From contig NC_043005.1 of the NCBI RefSeq assembly GCF_006345805.1, positions 21,452,001 through 21,516,000 of the forward strand: a DNA stretch of 64,000 bases, in the 5' to 3' direction. Position 1 is the stretch's first letter. Each line of letters opens with the position of its first letter. The notes under the pieces were generated by a model, which did not search any database, was not told the DNA's origin, and worked only from the letters and a program-made list of their open reading frames with translations. This DNA is from Octopus sinensis (taxonomy: Eukaryota). The position numbers and the translations under genes were made by a program. Positions 60,930-64,000 of the stretch are shown here, piece by piece.

Positions 60930-61460
60930 AAACACCTTCAAGCAGTGCTTCTCCAACCACAAATCCTCATTCAGGATCCCAGAGAGATGGTACACCACAT
61001 CTTTGGCCAGTCATGTGTAGCACCTGAAGGACAAAGGGTCTCCACGCATAATATCATAGAAGATCTTAGAAGAACCAGGCCCCTACATCAACAGGAGCAA
61101 GCATTGGAAGCTGTGCATAGCTGAACAGGCGAGAATATTAAAGAATTCCCTTGACCCAAGGAACAGCTTAAATTCCAGGACAGATATCTTCAGACCCTGC
61201 TTATGTGTTAGAAAGTTTCCTACTGAAGTCTTGGAACCCATAAGCTGATAACGTCAATTATAGACACTGGTCTAAGGAAAACAATCCTTGTGCATAATAC
61301 TTCTTTGTGCAATTAGCTACAAAATCTTTTCTCCCTAAATTTGAGAGAGTTTATAGACCACCGGCCATTAAAGTCTGAAGAAACGCCATAGAGCCAAGCA
61401 TATTATGGATGTGAAACCCAGAATAATCCCATAGACCAGCCATAACTATCTTTATCTTAA
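60930..61460 (+). mobile_element. Penelope-like GIY-YIG C-terminal remnant plus 3' region with a hammerhead-like core
   Basis: TFKQCFSNHKSSFRIPER...SLASHV*HLKDKG...RPYINRSKHWKLCIAE; CTGAAGA (61375)...GAAAC (61413). Confidence 0.65.
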
Positions 61461-61499
61461 TATATTTATATATATTCAGATTGCTAGATTGCTAGACAG

Positions 61500-63765
61500 T
61501 GTGTGAGAGAAAATTGTGACATCACAGGAGAGAAATGCGTCCACATGAATGATGGTGCACTTGCTTTTAATGTTTCTGAAAAGAAAGAGGGTTGGAGAAG
61601 CCATTATGAAAGACTGCTGAATGTGGAGAATGAATGGGAGGAGGAGAGCCTGCAAAATGTTGACCCAGTAGAGGGACCAGCTATCACAATAGAAAGCTCC
61701 CTAGTAGATAAAGCAACTAAGGGTATGAAGCCAGAAAAAAACCTCCATCCCATCAGGAATCACTGCTGAGATGCTTAAAACATTGGTGGTGTGGGCTATG
61801 GTCTAGACACCTGCATTGTAAACCAGGTAGTTCATAATGGAGTCATACCCAATGACTGGCATAGCAGCACCATAGTCAACTGCTACAAGAGTAAAGGTGA
61901 CCCTCTAGATAGAAATAACTACATGGGTATCAAGCTGCTGGATTAGATGATGAAGGTCATGGAGAATGTTATAGCCCATCTCATTAGGGAGAGAGTCTGC
62001 TAAGATGAGATGTAGTTTGGTTTTGTTCTGGGTAGAAGCACCACTGATGCCATATTCCTGGTTCGACAACTGCAAGAGATATACCTAGCTAAAGATAAAC
62101 ACATCTACTTAGCTTTCATGGACTTGGAGAAAGCCTTTGACAGGGTTCCCCGATCCCTTATCTGGTGGGCAATGCAGAAACTGGAGATTGACTAATGGTT
62201 AATAAGGGCTGTACAGGCCATATACAGAGAGGCCATTAGTAAGATTAGGATTGGCAACGAGTATAGTGAAGAATTCTGGGTAGAAGTAGGGGTCCACCAA
62301 GGTTCAGCCCTCAGCCACTTTTTATTCATCATAGTCCTCCAGGCAATAACAGAGGAATTCAAGTCGGGTTGCTCCTGGCAGCTCCTCTATGCTGATGACC
62401 TGGCCCTAATTGCAGAATCACTACCGGAACTAGAAAAGAAATTCCGTGTGTGGAAGCTAGGTTTAGAATCAAAAGGCCTTAGAGTCAATGTAGCAAAGAC
62501 TAAAGTTCTAATAAGTAGGAAGGTGAACTCATCACACACCCCTCATCACACACCCCTGCTCGATCTGTAGAAAAGGTGTAGGTAGAAACTCCATAAGATG
62601 TACCCAGTGTAAGCTATGCATGCATAAGGGTTGCAGCAACATCAAAGGTAAATTAACCAAGAAGATAGCTTTCGTGTGCAACAGATGCACAGGGGCAATA
62701 GACACCACAGATACTCAGAAAACAGATTCCATCACACTCCAGGAGGAGAAACTAGAAGTAGTTGATAGTTTCCACTACCTAGGTGACCAAGTTAGTAGTG
62801 GAGGTGGATGCTCAGAGAGTGTTACCAATAGAATATGAATAGCCTGAGCAAAGTTTAGAAAGCTTCTACCCCTACTGGTGACAAAGGGTCTCTCACTCAG
62901 AGTGAAAGGTAGATTGTACAACACATGTGTGAACTACCATGCTTCACGGTAATGAAACATGGGCTGTGACTGTGGAGGACATGCATAGGCTTGAAAGAAA
63001 TGAAGCTAGCATGATCTGCTGGATGTGTAATGTCAGTGTGCACACACGACAGAGTGTAAGCGCCCTGAGAGAAATGCTGGACATAAGAAACATCAGATGT
63101 GGTGTGCAAGAGAGACGTTTGTGCTGGTATGGTCATGTACTACAGATGGATGAGGAGAGGTGTGTGAAGAAGTGCCACTCCCAAACAGTTGAAGGAATCC
63201 AGGGTAGAGGTAGACCCAGGAAGACATGGGATGAGGTGGTCAAGCATGACCTTCGAATGTTAGGCCTCACAGAGGCAATGACAAAGACCAAGACCTCTGG
63301 ATATATGCTGAGACTGCGAAGACCTGACAAATAACGTGAGTTCATGGCTGTTTCCTGTACCAGCTTCACATAGCAGCCCCAGCCCATCCAAAGTACCTTG
63401 GATCGCAAGACAGCCTGCTGTGCTTACCTTGGATCGTAAGGCGACCTGCTGTGCTTGAGGAGATCTACATCAAAATAAAAATCAAATGGAAATCGTAGTT
63501 GTGATACCCATGCCAGTGGCACATAAAAAGCACCATCTGAATGTGGCTGATACCAGCGCTGCCTTGACTGTCTTCCATGCCGGTGGTATGTAAAAAGCAC
63601 CCACTACACTCACAGAGTGGTTGGCATTAGGAAGGTCATCCAGCTGTAAAAGCACTACCAGATCAGACTCGAGCCTAGTACAGCCTCCTAGCTTCCCAGA
63701 TCCCGGTCAACCCGTCCAACCCATGCTAGCATGGAAAATGGACGTTAAATGATGATGATGATGAT
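61500..63765 (+). mobile_element. 5'-truncated RTE LINE (RT, Cys-rich insert, C-terminus, 3' UTR, (ATG)n tail), pseudogenised
   Basis: YLAFMDLEKAFDRVP, VGVHQGSALS, LLYADDLAL, CTQCKLCMHKGCS...CNRC, LHGNETWAV, RLCWYGHV, GRPRKTWDEVV; multiple stops and frameshifts. Confidence 0.9.
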
Positions 63766-64000
63766 ATATCATCATCATCATTTAACGTCCATTGTCCATG
63801 CTGGCATGGATTGGACAGTTTGGCTGGTCTGGCATGCTGGAAAGCTGCATCTGATTTGGGATGGTTTTCTACTGCTGGATGCCTTTCCTAACATCAACCA
63901 TTCCGAGAGTGTAATAGGTGTTTTTATGTGCCACCAGCAGGGGTGTCATTTGTTTGACTCCTGAGTGTGTTTATGTGCCAATTTGCATGACACCGGTATC

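Overview
AT-rich eukaryotic genomic DNA. The SINE, RTE, Dong, Penelope and mariner repeat content looks like an octopus (coleoid cephalopod); this is recognition, not a database result. The window appears to lie inside one + strand gene. I found 13 coding exons with GT-AG boundaries, all phase 1 to phase 1, which splice into a stop-free 2748-nt (916-codon) frame. The order is Sushi-PAN_A-PAN_B, Sushi-PAN_A-PAN_B, Sushi-PAN_A-PAN_B, Sushi, Sushi-PAN_A-PAN_B, with one domain per exon. No start, signal-peptide or stop exon was found, so the protein probably extends beyond both edges. The units arose by tandem duplication together with their introns: old L1/Tx1-like and SINE fossils recur at homologous positions. 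The units then diverged strongly in surface residues and charge. The introns are filled with decayed mobile elements: RTE LINEs, an R4/Dong element inside (AAT)n, HERO-like fragments, three complete or partial mariner copies, a Helitron helicase fragment and five Penelope-related pieces. Several of the Penelope pieces carry minimal hammerhead ribozyme motifs, and one at 53981-54023 (minus strand) is nearly intact. Exon and ribozyme coordinates were counted by hand and are meant to be exact. Most TE boundaries are approximate.
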